Source: Gammaproteobacteria bacterium
GTDB lineage: Bacteria > Pseudomonadota > Gammaproteobacteria > Pseudomonadales > Pseudohongiellaceae
NCBI GenBank assembly: GCA_029245905.1
Contig: JAQWOJ010000024.1
Location: forward strand, 6,114-70,113
DNA length: 64,000 nt
Reading direction: 5' to 3'
The notes under the pieces are model-generated. The model was not told where the DNA came from and made no database searches. It saw only the letters and a list, made by a program, of their open reading frames with translations. Below are positions 62,873 through 64,000 of this stretch, one piece after another. The position numbers and the translations under genes were made by a program. Numbering within the stretch: position 1 is the first letter of the stretch; every line of letters begins with the position of its first letter.

Positions 62873-64000
62873 ATGAAAAAAATTATCAAATGCTTTATTC
62901 AACTTTTCATACCTGCCTTACTAATAGGTTGTAGCCCTTCCGAGTCTCCTACCACCGACTTACCTGAATTAAGTTTCCAAGAATCTTTTCAAACACAACT
63001 GATAGAGGCTGAACCTGGAAGCATCATAGAAGTTCCCGCTGGCGTTCATAATTTTTCCCGTAGCCTTTCCTTAACGGTGTCCGGTGTCACTATCCGCGGA
63101 GCTGGGATGGATCAATCTATCTTATCCTTCGCAAATCAAGCGCAAGGAGCAGAGGGTTTGTTAGTGACCGCTGATGATTTTGTGATTGAGGACCTAGCCA
63201 TTGAAAATACCATTGGTGATGCTCTCAAAATCAATGAGAGCAAAAATGTAATAATTCGGAGAGTACGGACGGAATGGACTAACGGCCCCGATCCAGAAAA
63301 CGGGGCCTACGGAATCTATCCGGTTCAATCTCAAAATATTTTAATAGAAGGGTCAGTAGCGATTGGTGCTGCAGACGCCGGTATTTATGTTGGGCAATCT
63401 AGTCAAATTATCGTCCGCAATTCGCGAGCGGAATACAACGTCGCTGGTATAGAGATAGAGAATTCAACATTTGCGGATGTTTATGACAACGTCGCTACAA
63501 ACAACACTGGTGGTATTCTTGTTTTTGATCTGCCGAACCTTGAAGTACAAGGCGGTCAATCAACTAGAGTTTTTAATAATGAAGTTTATCGAAACAACAC
63601 CGAAAATTTTGCTCCTGAGGGCGCGATCGTGGGCAATGTGCCCCCCGGGACAGGACTACTGATCTTAGCGAACGACAATATTGAAGTGTTCGAAAATCAG
63701 TTTTGGGATAACAATAATGTCAATATAATGATCTATAGCTACACCCTAGGCGGACGCAAAATTGAAGACCCAAACTACGATCCCTTTCCGGAACAGATTT
63801 ATATACATGACAATGAATATAGAGGTGGCGGTACGATACCAAGGCATCGACTCTTAGTTGCTTGGCACGAGATAGCCCAAGTTAATACGCCAAACATTGT
63901 CTGGGGTGGCTTGGTTAAAGAGGGGAATGATTCAGCAACCATAGTTTGTCTAGGGCTAAATTCTTCCGTCAGCTTCTTAAATCTCAGAGGTGGCCTCGAT
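62873..64000 (+). CDS. Lipoprotein with right-handed parallel beta-helix repeats (NosD/pectate-lyase-like fold), 3' end cut by the window edge
   Basis: This ORF is not in the supplied track because no stop is reached. The ATG at 62873 stays open in frame to 64000 (376 codons). It has a lipobox (LLIGCS) and repeated beta-helix rungs (GVTIRGAG, FVIEDLAIEN, NVIIRRVR, NILIEGSVAIGAADAGIYVGQS, IIVRNSRAEYNVAGIEIENS, ADVYDNVATNNTGGILVF). Confidence 0.7.
   Translation, partial: MKKIIKCFIQLFIPALLIGCSPSESPTTDLPELSFQESFQTQLIEAEPGSIIEVPAGVHNFSRSLSLTVSGVTIRGAGMDQSILSFANQAQGAEGLLVTADDFVIEDLAIENTIGDALKINESKNVIIRRVRTEWTNGPDPENGAYGIYPVQSQNILIEGSVAIGAADAGIYVGQSSQIIVRNSRAEYNVAGIEIENSTFADVYDNVATNNTGGILVFDLPNLEVQGGQSTRVFNNEVYRNNTENFAPEGAIVGNVPPGTGLLILANDNIEVFENQFWDNNNVNIMIYSYTLGGRKIEDPNYDPFPEQIYIHDNEYRGGGTIPRHRLLVAWHEIAQVNTPNIVWGGLVKEGNDSATIVCLGLNSSVSFLNLRGGLD

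Noticed and set aside
1-64000. I searched for CRISPR arrays, long tandem repeats, insertion-sequence ends, prophage or defence-island signatures.
   Set aside because: I saw no regularly spaced repeats, no integrase, transposase, nuclease or helicase genes, and no abrupt compositional break. The only large internal similarity is the tandem gene duplication at 18721-23025.

Overview
This 64-kb window is a tightly packed chromosomal segment with about 53 protein-coding genes on both strands. I found no rRNA, tRNA, CRISPR array, transposase or integrase, and no recognisable transcription factor. The gene content suggests a marine heterotrophic Gram-negative bacterium, possibly a gammaproteobacterium, but I cannot verify taxonomy without a search. 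By eye, roughly half of the products carry Sec signals, lipoboxes or twin-arginine (Tat) signals. Ordinary metabolism includes malate synthase G, an alanine/glycine:cation symporter, a TauD-family dioxygenase, S-formylglutathione hydrolase, an inositol-monophosphatase-family protein, an osmolyte-type ABC importer and the malonate carrier MadLM with an acyl-CoA synthetase.

The stretches most worth a second look are:
1. A four-gene operon (10934-14860) that matches the mycobacterial decaprenyl-phospho-arabinose route (GtrA, DprE1-like, DprE2-like, HAD-UbiA fusion) with no acceptor glycosyltransferase in view.
2. A secreted fusion protein (8136-9824) joining a thioredoxin-like module, a c-type haem motif and a PHM/DBH-type two-copper monooxygenase.
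3. A CHRD protein followed by two tandem paralogous lipoproteins, each a cytochrome c domain fused to a PQQ-type propeller (18241-23025).
4. A DUF1592-family dihaem protein, a Tat-exported DUF1552 protein and a secreted ankyrin protein (37136-42484).
5. A dihydropyrimidine/dihydroorotate-dehydrogenase-like FMN domain fused to a PyrK-like FAD/[2Fe-2S] domain, next to the malonate genes (33058-34689).
6. A sulfatase followed by a 3-keto-sugar-type module (23708-29052).
7. Normally cytoplasmic enzyme families (HpcH aldolase, enolase superfamily) that here carry export signals.

All family calls come from reading the translated ORFs and recognising motifs. No database search was run.
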